Part shown: one piece after another, positions 1-7,531 of the stretch | Numbering within the stretch: the first letter of the stretch is position 1 | How the letters are laid out: every line of letters starts with the position of its first letter | Assembly: GCA_036336225.1 (NCBI GenBank) | Contig: JAYZGM010000230.1 | Span: 1-37,716, forward strand | DNA: 37,716 nt | Origin: Acidobacteriota bacterium | GTDB lineage: Bacteria; Acidobacteriota; Vicinamibacteria; Vicinamibacterales; UBA8438 | Direction: 5' to 3' | Notes under the pieces: model-generated | The model's database searches: none | What the model was told of the DNA's origin: nothing | The model's input: only the letters and a program-made list of their open reading frames with translations | Program-made: the position numbers and the translations under genes

Positions 1-2221
1 CGGACAAGGGCTGGCGACTGACCGAGACCAGCGCCCACAGTGGGGGGACGAACAGCATCACCAAGCCGACCACATATGAGGTGTATGCGGCCCGCACGAG
101 CACGTCTGCAGTCTGCCGGCATCGCCCAGCAACGGTCTGCCATCCGAGCGTGATCCACTGACGAGTCATCGACCCGGGGCCACGTTCGAGACGCCCGGTC
201 TGGTAGTGGTCGCGTGTTGCGCCCCGGCGCACCTTGCCGCTCGACGTTTTGAGCACGGCCCCGGGTCCCGCCAGGACGACCGTATCCGGGGGCACGCTTA
301 GCACCTCGGTTACTCGTTCAAGGATGGTTTGTTCGAGTTCTTGAAGTCGGCCGGGGTCGCTGATGCGAGTCTCTGCCACGATGACGAGTCGTTCGGTCCC
401 AAGCGAGGCATCCGCCACTCCAAACGCCGCAATACAGCCCTTCCGTACCCCCTCGATCGTGGCCACGACCGCTTCTGCCTCATGGGGGTAGATGTTCCGG
501 CCTCCCTTTATGATGACGTCCTTGCGACGGCCGGTGAGAAATAGTTCGTTGTCGACGAGATATCCAAGGTCGCCCGAGTCAAGCCACCCGTCATCGGTCC
601 TGATCGTGCCGGTTGCGGCCGGGTTGCGGTAGTAGCCGGCCATCATCGACGGTCCCCGAAACTGGATGCGACCCTCGTGACGTTCCTCGACGGCGGCGCC
701 GTGTTCACTGACGATCCGGATTTCGTGGTCCGGGAGTGCGCTGCCACAGGACACGAACCGGAGCGCATCGGATGCGGTGGTTGGTTCGGCGTGGCCCGTC
801 GTTTGGAACGCTCGGGTGACCCGGTCGACGCGTGCCGGGTGTCGCTGTGGCGTGACCGTCAACCCGACCGAGCATTCGGCCAGTCCATAGACCGGACGCA
901 TGGCATCGGGCCGGAAACCGCACGGGGCGAACCGTTCTATGAATCGTGACATCGTCTGAGGCAGCACGGCCTCCGACCCGTTCAGCACGATTCGTAACGA
1001 GCTCAGATCCAGCCCATCAATCTCCTCATCGGTAATCTTGTTCACACATAGATCGAAGGCGAAGTTTGGGGCCACTGACAGCGTGCCGCGATGAGCATGG
1101 ATCGCCCACAGCCAGCGTGCCGGTCGCGAGAGGAAGGAAAGGGGCGACAAGATCGCCACTGGTACGCCAACATACAAGGTACCCAACCAGGCGCCAATGA
1201 GCCCCATATCGTGGTACAGCGGGAGCCAGCTCACCGCGACGTCGTCCGGTTGAATGTCCAGCCCGGCACTGATCGCCCGGATATTGGCGAGGAGGTTGGC
1301 GTGGGTGAGCAGCACACCCTTGGGCTGACCGGTACTGCCCGACGTGTACTGGATCAACGCTGGGTCCTGGCCGGTTAGCCAGACCGCGGGTGGCGTTGAT
1401 TCGGGGTGGTTGTTGTCGCCCTTCGAGATGATCTCGCCAAGTGTCACCACCCCCGTGAGGCTCGTGACGCGGCTCCGGAGAACGACACCTAATCGCTCGA
1501 CGTCGGCAAACGTGATCAATAACCGAGCGCCCGCGTTCGAGAGAATCCCTTCCTGGCGTCGAGCGTAGTCGACGATACGATCCGCGCGAAACGGTGGGTA
1601 GATTGGGACCGGAATGGCGCCCAGAAGCAGGGCTCCAAAGAAGGCGGGGAAGAAAGCGGCTTCCGTGCGCAGCATGATGGCGACGGCGTCACGGGGCCCG
1701 ATGCCCGTAGCGGTGAGACCGTTGGCCACCGAGAGAGCCTGTTTCCATAGCTCTCCGTAGGTGATTGTGTGCTCGTTCTCTTCGTCCACACGAAGAAAGA
1801 TGTGCGGACGATTAGGAGACCGTTCGGCGTGCCAGCGCAGCACGTCCACAAGGGTATCGGCCGAGTCAGGCGCTTGGGGAGCGACGGCGAGTGCCGCTCG
1901 CACCGCGGGGAGGGTTTCGGTAATTGTCGGATCGGTAGTGAGAATGGCGTCGACGAGCGCGGCCGGGGTGTCAGCGTTCGCGCCCGCCGTATCAGCTATC
2001 CGGACCCCGATGGCGCGCTCGATACGCGCCAGCAGCTCGACCCGTTCTAGGGATCCGAGACCAAGCTCACGCTCGAGCGAGTTGCTGAGGCCGATACCGG
2101 CGGCGGCCCCCGGCCGCAACTCATCGACCAGCTGACTCACCAGCTGGAGAATCTGGCGTTCGAGGACGACACGGTCCGGGAGGGGCGGAGGAGTAGGGGG
2201 TGCCTTAGTCCTGCTGGTCAT
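1..2221 (-). CDS. Fused carrier-protein (ACP/PCP-like) plus fatty-acyl-AMP ligase (AMP-binding, FAAL-type) protein; C-terminus runs off the window after a hydrophobic segment
   Basis: Absent from the ORF track because it has no stop inside the window. Hand translation of the reverse strand from ATG (2221..2219) reads MTSRTKAPPTPPPLPDRVVLERQILQLV...SLERELGLGSLERVELLARIE (carrier-protein Ser motif). It continues with LIQYTSGSTGQPKGVLLTHANL, WLPLYHDMGLIGAW, GWLDSGDLGY and KTSSGKVRR (AMP-binding motifs), then YVVGLVMLFVPPLWALV. The frame stays open to position 1. Confidence 0.8.
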   Translation of the reverse strand, partial: MTSRTKAPPTPPPLPDRVVLERQILQLVSQLVDELRPGAAAGIGLSNSLERELGLGSLERVELLARIERAIGVRIADTAGANADTPAALVDAILTTDPTITETLPAVRAALAVAPQAPDSADTLVDVLRWHAERSPNRPHIFLRVDEENEHTITYGELWKQALSVANGLTATGIGPRDAVAIMLRTEAAFFPAFFGALLLGAIPVPIYPPFRADRIVDYARRQEGILSNAGARLLITFADVERLGVVLRSRVTSLTGVVTLGEIISKGDNNHPESTPPAVWLTGQDPALIQYTSGSTGQPKGVLLTHANLLANIRAISAGLDIQPDDVAVSWLPLYHDMGLIGAWLGTLYVGVPVAILSPLSFLSRPARWLWAIHAHRGTLSVAPNFAFDLCVNKITDEEIDGLDLSSLRIVLNGSEAVLPQTMSRFIERFAPCGFRPDAMRPVYGLAECSVGLTVTPQRHPARVDRVTRAFQTTGHAEPTTASDALRFVSCGSALPDHEIRIVSEHGAAVEERHEGRIQFRGPSMMAGYYRNPAATGTIRTDDGWLDSGDLGYLVDNELFLTGRRKDVIIKGGRNIYPHEAEAVVATIEGVRKGCIAAFGVADASLGTERLVIVAETRISDPGRLQELEQTILERVTEVLSVPPDTVVLAGPGAVLKTSSGKVRRGATRDHYQTGRLERGPGSMTRQWITLGWQTVAGRCRQTADVLVRAAYTSYVVGLVMLFVPPLWALVSVSRQPLS

Positions 2222-2368
2222 AAGTACGGCCACGTATCAGGTGGCAGGGAGTCCCGCCTCCCGGTGTTGCTCGTCGGTCACATGCTCCGGGCATGCCCCC
2301 TCTTCGCGCCTGGCGATCCGGGCGCCGCGCTCCCGAACAGGTGGCCATACGTCTGATCGGCAGGACTT
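2222..2368. repeat. Copy A of a repeated intergenic element (87-nt core 2252-2338 plus degenerate flanking inverted repeat)
   Basis: Hand alignment: core 2252-2338 versus 7412-7498 is ungapped with 67/87 identical, including an identical GGCGCCGCGC block. The flanks AAGTACGGCCACGTAT (2222-2237) and ATACGTCTGATCGGCAGGACTT (2347-2368) are partially complementary. The element exactly fills the gap between the cyclophilin stop (2367-2369) and the FAAL start (2219-2221). Confidence 0.55.
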
Positions 2369-2975
2369 AGTTCGCCTCGATCTGCGTAATGGAGTGGATC
2401 ACCACCGGCTCGCGTGGGACGTCCTGCATCCGTCCCTGACTACCGGTTCTGACGCGGTTGATGTCCTGGACGATATCCATCCCGTCGGTGACTTCACCAA
2501 AAACCGCGTAACCGATCCCGGCCGGGGTCCCGTTCCTGTAGTCGAAACTGGGGTTGTGCTCGACGTTGATAAAGAACTGCTGCCGTGCGCTATCAGGTGC
2601 CGACCCTCGCGCCATGGCCACGGTGCCACGCCGGTTTCGGGTGTTGGGACTTGCCTGGTTCAGAATCGAGCCACGCAGGCCTTCGAGCTTCGGGACGACC
2701 TGGTTATCATCACCGACCACCATTCCGCCGCCCTGGACGATGAGGTCGCGGATGACCCGATGAAACACTGTGCCATCGTAGTAGCCCGCCCGGACATACA
2801 GTAGAAAGTTCACGACGGTGGCCGGCACGCGGTCCCGAAACAGCTCCATTTCGAAGCTGCCCATGCTCGTCTCGACGCGCACGCGGGGATTCGGTGGGGC
2901 CTGCTGGGCCGTCGCGGAGAGTGCCTGTCCCACTAGCAGGGCACAGGCTAGTACCAACACGTTTACGCGTCTCAC
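2367..2975 (-). CDS. Secreted peptidyl-prolyl cis-trans isomerase, cyclophilin type
   Basis: 202-aa ORF with signal-like N-terminus MRRVNVLVLACALLVGQALSATAQQ. Cyclophilin signatures [20 protein letters not shown] and NRRGTVAMAR, plus GYAVFGEVTDGMDIV. GTG start preceded by GGAGAGGAG. Confidence 0.93.
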   Translation of the reverse strand: MRRVNVLVLACALLVGQALSATAQQAPPNPRVRVETSMGSFEMELFRDRVPATVVNFLLYVRAGYYDGTVFHRVIRDLIVQGGGMVVGDDNQVVPKLEGLRGSILNQASPNTRNRRGTVAMARGSAPDSARQQFFINVEHNPSFDYRNGTPAGIGYAVFGEVTDGMDIVQDINRVRTGSQGRMQDVPREPVVIHSITQIEAN

Positions 2976-3145
2976 CGTGCGCTCCTCTCCTCATCGCCGG
3001 GCGACAGCCTTACTTCTGTCGTCCGACGTGCACCTTTAAGTCACCCATCGATGGCCAGAGCCTATGCGCCGTTGTCGCGCCAGCCTGGCTCCCAGCTGCT
3101 CTCGGGCCACTCGGCGTATCACCACGGGCCGCTTGCGAGTTGCTC

Positions 3146-3724
3146 TCACTGGACGGTGATTGAGTGAATCACGACCGGGGTGTTCGGCACATCTCGGAAC
3201 GGTCCACGTGAACCGGTCGCCACGTTCTCTATCTGATCGACCACATCCAGCCCCTCGGTGATCCGTCCGAACACCGCATAGCCATACGCATCCGGGGTCG
3301 TTCCACGGTTGTTCAGCCCGGTGTTGTTGACGGTATTGATAAAGAACTGGGTCGTCGCGCTGTCCACGACGTTCGTACGGGCCATCGCCAACGTCCCACG
3401 GTCGTTCGAGAGTCCGTTTGTGGCTTCGTTCGTGATCGCGTCCCGTGTCGGCTTTTGCTGCATTTCCGGAGTGAAGCCACCCCCTTGAATCATGAAGCCC
3501 TTGATCACGCGGTGAAAAACGGTCCCACTGTAATGCCCCGCCTCGACGTACTGTAGAAAGTTCTCGACCGAGACCGGCGCGTTCGCGCGGTCAAGCTCGA
3601 CCGTCATGGTTCCGAGGCTCGTCTCGATCACCACTACGGGGTTGTCCTGAGCGGTCGCCGGAGATGGCGCCGCGACCCATGCACATCCGAGAACAACGAG
3701 TAACGCAGCTGAGCGACACACCAT
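3146..3724 (-). CDS. Secreted peptidyl-prolyl cis-trans isomerase, cyclophilin type (paralogue of 2367..2975)
   Basis: The ORF track gives 3146..3790. I prefer the internal ATG at 3724 ([26 protein letters not shown] signal peptide) because AAGGAG lies 7 nt upstream of it. Motifs [31 protein letters not shown] and [15 protein letters not shown]. Confidence 0.92.
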   Translation of the reverse strand: MVCRSAALLVVLGCAWVAAPSPATAQDNPVVVIETSLGTMTVELDRANAPVSVENFLQYVEAGHYSGTVFHRVIKGFMIQGGGFTPEMQQKPTRDAITNEATNGLSNDRGTLAMARTNVVDSATTQFFINTVNNTGLNNRGTTPDAYGYAVFGRITEGLDVVDQIENVATGSRGPFRDVPNTPVVIHSITVQ

Positions 3725-4111
3725 AGTCGGACTCCTTGCCAGGATACGAGCCAGTTGAGACCCGTCCAAAATCTGGTATTTTAGATCCAATCAACCGTTC
3801 TGAATGTGGCCGATCGGTCGTCGGTGTGACGTAGAATAGAACGATTCAGCCTATTCTTGCTGACGTAGCGACCGGCCGTCACTTCGGGCCCCGAGTATGC
3901 ATGTTCCGACCAACACTGTCTAGTGGATCCGGCGGAACTGATTGGGAGCCGCCGTCGATTTTGTGAGAGACGGTTGGGTCCCCATCCCGACGGATCAGAT
4001 GGTCGCCGCTGCGACGCGTGCGTTCGATGGTAGATAAGAACGAGGCTTAGAGCGGAGACCGATTCCCCGGTCAGACCGCGGGGTAGGAACTGACGCCGGT
4101 GTGGTCAGTTC

Positions 4112-4882
4112 ATGCCTCGCCGACGACCAGAATTAGAATCAGAGACACTCATGAGTTTGCTCGATCGACTTCGCGGCCAGCCGAGCTGGCAGCACGACGA
4201 CCCAGATATCCGGGCCTCAGCTGTGGACGACCTCGAAAACGACGCCCAAGATCTCCTGACGGCGATTGCGACCGAGGACACCGATGCTGGCGTCCGGCTT
4301 GCGGCCGTATCCCGACTCGTCGACCCAGTCGTGATTGCCCGTGTCGCCACGCACGACGCCGCCGACGAAGTTCGTCGCGAAGCATCCGCGATGTTGCGGG
4401 CCATCGCCATCGATGCGAACGATGACGAAACGGCGGGCGCCGCCCTGTCCGGTTTGACCGAGGCCCGCGATCTTGGAGAGGTCGCCCGCGTCGCCAAGCT
4501 CGAATCGGTCAGCCAATCTGCACTGGAACGGCTTCAGTCGGCCAAAGCGATCGGGGCCGTTGCTCGCCGAGCGACTCACCGGCTCGTGCGTGACGCCGCG
4601 TTGGCGCGACTGGACGATCGAGATGAGCTGCTGGCGGTTGCGGTCAAGAGTGATCACCGGGAGGTGGCGCTCGCCGCTTTCGAACGTCTCGCGGCGAACG
4701 GCGCCAATGACCGAGACATGCTCAAGACGATCGTGGTTCGGGCTCGGACAAAGCCGGTGTCCCGTCGGGCCCGTCTGGCCCTTAACGCATTGGAGGCGCA
4801 ACCGGTGGTTCCAACTCCCGTTGAGCTGCGGGACCGACGTGATGCACTGTGTGATCGTGTGAACGAGCTCTTGGGTTGGTAG
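4112..4882 (+). CDS. HEAT-like repeat protein; probably the N-terminal part of a longer HEAT+DUF349 protein interrupted by an in-frame TAG (4880-4882)
   Basis: Repeated D-x-x-VR-x-x-A helices (DPDIRASAVDDL, DAGVRLAAVSRL, ADEVRREASAML, HREVALAAFERL). It ends ...RRDALCDRVNELLGW*, in the same reading frame as the next ORF. An alternative start is ATG 4151 (MSLLDRLRGQPSWQHDDPDIR). Confidence 0.6.
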   Translation: MPRRRPELESETLMSLLDRLRGQPSWQHDDPDIRASAVDDLENDAQDLLTAIATEDTDAGVRLAAVSRLVDPVVIARVATHDAADEVRREASAMLRAIAIDANDDETAGAALSGLTEARDLGEVARVAKLESVSQSALERLQSAKAIGAVARRATHRLVRDAALARLDDRDELLAVAVKSDHREVALAAFERLAANGANDRDMLKTIVVRARTKPVSRRARLALNALEAQPVVPTPVELRDRRDALCDRVNELLGW

Positions 4883-4981
4883 AGCTGGGAGAAGGTCAAC
4901 CGGTCGCTCGAGGCGGCGGAGCGAGATTGGCGCGCTGCCGACGAACTTGCGACAGACGTCGCGGCGACACTCCCTGACCGG

Positions 4982-7354
4982 GTGCGGAATGACGACGCGG
5001 ATGCTGAACGGGACCCGGCCGATACCGTCGTGTGCGAACGGTGGACACACGCGGTAGCGGCGGTTCGCGAGCACCTGATTCAGCTCGAGGCCGCGCGCAG
5101 CGAGGCTGAACGACAACGACAAGTACGTGATGAGGTGTACGCCTCAAAGGTGGCGCTGTGCGAGCGATTGGCCGCTCTGGTGGCCGAGGACGGCAACGAG
5201 GTCGAGCGGACGACGGTCGAGGTCGCGGCGATCCGCGCGGCGTGGGACGCCACCGCCGAGGCGCCGGCAGAAGACGACGCCGGATCTGCCGAGCGATCCT
5301 CGGCGGTGATCCGTCGATTTCAGGAGTTGCTCGCGGCTACCGAGCGTCAGGCGGTGACGCGAGCGACAACGGTCGAACGGGTGGCCAAGCTTGGTGCGCT
5401 CGCGACGGCTCTCGAGCAGCTCAGCGAAGCCAAGGACCTTGGAGAGCTCAAGGGGGGCTGGCAGTCTGCTCATCGAGAGTGGACGACGCTATCGGGCGAG
5501 TCGACACCGAGCGAGCTGTCCGAGCTGCGTCCACGGGTGGAAGCGGCGGAGGCCCGGCGAGCCGAGCGGTTGCAGATCGTCCGGGAGGAGCGTACGCGAC
5601 GTGAGCGCGCCAATCTCGCGAAGCAGGAGGGTCGCTGCGAGGAAATCGAACAGGCTCTTGCCGACGAGGGGCTCGAGCTGAAGACGGCGGAACATTGGAT
5701 GAGGCTGACCCGATCGCTACTCGGAAATCTTGGTCGGTTGCCGTCGTCCGAAGACCGCGAGCGGATCACCGCTCGACTCCGCGCCGCACAGACCGGGTTG
5801 ACCGGTCGTGTGAGGGAGCTGCGGGGGTTGGCCGAGTGGAAGCAATGGGCGAATGTCGGGATTCAGGCCGCACTGTGCCAGCGGCTCGAGACGGCGGCGG
5901 CCCACCCTGATTCTGAGGCCGGCGATGCGGCGGTGGCCAAAGAAGTCCGACAGATCATGGACGAGTGGCGCCAAGCGGCGGATGTCCCCCGCGGTGAAGG
6001 CGACGAAATTTGGAAGCGTTTCAAGACAGCCCACGACGCCGTCCGTCCGCGGCTCGAGGCCCATCAAGCCAAGCAGGACCTCCTCCAGCAGGAGCATCTT
6101 CAGAAGAAGATCGCATTGTGTGACGAGGTGGAGCAGCTTGCGGACTCGACGGATTGGATGAAGACCGCGGAACGTATTACCGAACTGCAACAGCAATGGA
6201 AGAAGATCGGGTCGGCGGGACGAAAACACGAACGTGAGGTGTGGAACCGGTTTCGGGCGGCCAGTGGACGGTTCTTTAAGCGCCGTCGGGATGACCTGGT
6301 GGAGCGGAAACAGGTGTGGGCTAAGAACGCCGCGCTCAAAGAAGAGCTCTGCGCGAAGGCCGAAGCGTTGTCCGAAGAACAAGACTTTGACAAAGCCAAG
6401 GGTGTCGTCCGGCAGTTGCAGATCGAGTGGAAGCAGATCGGGCCGGTGCGGCGCTCCCGCTCCGAGGCGCTCTGGCAGCGGTTTCGGACAGGATGCGATG
6501 ACGTGTATCGACGGGCTCAGGCGGTCGTAGACGCCTCGTTTGTCGAACAGATCACGGCTCGCGCCGCGGCGTGCGAACGATTGGAGGCGTTGGTTCCCCA
6601 GGTGACGCCGGCGGAGTCGACCGAAGCCGAGGGGATCGGTGAATCAGGGGGCTCCGACACGCCAGCCAGGGTGGCCTCCTCGGGAGAGGCCGCGGCGTCC
6701 GTCGAGACGTCCGAGTCGGTCCAGACAACCGATTCTGTCGAATCATTCATCCCGTCGGAACCTGGCTCGGACACGACGCCTGTCGCTGAGCCGACGGCCC
6801 CGGTAGATCTCGCCGAAACAGTCAAGACTGCGCGTGAGGAGTGGCGTCAGCTGCCACCTGTGCCGCGACCACAGGAACGCAGTCTCACTGCGCGATTTGA
6901 GACCGCCATCATCCGTGTCGTTGAGTGTTTTCCCGAGGCATTCGCCGGCACCGACCTCGACCCGGCCCGCAACGTCGCCATTCTGGAACGGCTGTGCGAG
7001 CGGGTGGAGTCGTTCGTCAAGGACGAGGCGGGGGTCGCTACGGACGACCGGACCCCGGCTGAGATTCTAGCGATGCAGCTCAAAGAGGCGTTGGCCAGCA
7101 ACACCATGGGGGCCGGAGTCGATCCGGAGGCCAAGCGACTCGAGATGATTGAGAAGGTCAAGCAGCTGCAGGCCGAGCGGCGGGCGCTTGGTCGGGTGCC
7201 GGGCGAGACTGGGCAGCAGCTGTCCGACCGCTTTCGCGCTGCCTGCGACCGGTTTTTTGCGCGTAACCCGGTACCACCGACTCGGGCCGCTCGGCCGCGG
7301 GGCGACGGGTCGCAACGCCGGCGGCGCAGCGGTCGAGCTCCCGTATCCCATTGA
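4982..7354 (+). CDS. DUF349-repeat protein (C-terminal part of the split gene; the frame is open from 4883)
   Basis: Several repeat units of the DUF349 type as I recall it. Examples: KIALCDEVEQLADSTDWMKTAERITELQQQWKKIG...EVWNRFRAASGRFFKRRRD, KEELCAKAEALSEEQDFDKAKGVVRQLQIEWKQIG...ALWQRFRTGCDDVYRR, and LSDRFRAACDRFFARN. An acidic Ser/Thr-rich linker lies near 6590-6800. The GTG at 4982 is the first possible start after the TAG. Confidence 0.75.
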   Translation: MRNDDADAERDPADTVVCERWTHAVAAVREHLIQLEAARSEAERQRQVRDEVYASKVALCERLAALVAEDGNEVERTTVEVAAIRAAWDATAEAPAEDDAGSAERSSAVIRRFQELLAATERQAVTRATTVERVAKLGALATALEQLSEAKDLGELKGGWQSAHREWTTLSGESTPSELSELRPRVEAAEARRAERLQIVREERTRRERANLAKQEGRCEEIEQALADEGLELKTAEHWMRLTRSLLGNLGRLPSSEDRERITARLRAAQTGLTGRVRELRGLAEWKQWANVGIQAALCQRLETAAAHPDSEAGDAAVAKEVRQIMDEWRQAADVPRGEGDEIWKRFKTAHDAVRPRLEAHQAKQDLLQQEHLQKKIALCDEVEQLADSTDWMKTAERITELQQQWKKIGSAGRKHEREVWNRFRAASGRFFKRRRDDLVERKQVWAKNAALKEELCAKAEALSEEQDFDKAKGVVRQLQIEWKQIGPVRRSRSEALWQRFRTGCDDVYRRAQAVVDASFVEQITARAAACERLEALVPQVTPAESTEAEGIGESGGSDTPARVASSGEAAASVETSESVQTTDSVESFIPSEPGSDTTPVAEPTAPVDLAETVKTAREEWRQLPPVPRPQERSLTARFETAIIRVVECFPEAFAGTDLDPARNVAILERLCERVESFVKDEAGVATDDRTPAEILAMQLKEALASNTMGAGVDPEAKRLEMIEKVKQLQAERRALGRVPGETGQQLSDRFRAACDRFFARNPVPPTRAARPRGDGSQRRRRSGRAPVSH

Positions 7355-7366
7355 GAGTCCTAGCGG

Positions 7367-7528
7367 AGTGTCCGGTCCGACAATGGCGCTACCTTAATTC
7401 CCCGCGGGGCATCCCGCCTGTTGGCGTTGCTCCTCGGTCGAATTCCGAGGGTATGGCCCCTCGTCGCGCTTTGCCAGCGGGGCGCCGCGCTCGCGAACTA
7501 ATGCAACGCCATTGTCGGACAGGACACT
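7367..7528. repeat. Copy B of the repeated intergenic element: 22-bp inverted repeat (7367-7388 / 7507-7528) enclosing the 87-nt core (7412-7498)
   Basis: Left arm AGTGTCCGGTCCGACAATGGCG. Right arm CGCCATTGTCGGACAGGACACT, whose reverse complement matches the left arm at 21/22 positions. The core is homologous to 2252-2338. The right arm ends 3 nt before the lhr GTG at 7532. Confidence 0.6.
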
Positions 7529-7531
7529 AGC

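Noticed and set aside
2241-2804. 187-aa plus-strand ORF spanning repeat copy A and the antisense of the first cyclophilin
   Set aside because: Cys/Ser/Arg-rich junk. It overlaps a well-supported cyclophilin gene on the other strand, and its first 100 nt are the repeated intergenic element.
4880-4882. Recoding of the in-frame TAG (pyrrolysine or an alternative genetic code)
   Set aside because: TAG terminates at least three other well-delimited genes in the window (16626, 20146 and 33279), and no pyl genes are present. A nonsense mutation or sequencing error is far more likely.
4217-5122. 301-aa minus-strand ORF overlapping the HEAT/DUF349 genes
   Set aside because: Arg/Pro/Gly-rich composition with no recognisable motifs. 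It is antisense to a frame with clear repeat-domain sequence, a typical high-GC shadow ORF.
6590-6800. Possible tandem DNA repeat or CRISPR-like periodicity in the Ser/Thr/Glu-rich part of the DUF349 gene
   Set aside because: Only amino-acid-level low complexity (ESTEAEGIGESGGSDT...SVETSESVQTTDSVES). There are no exact nucleotide repeats or spacer architecture. I interpret it as a disordered linker.
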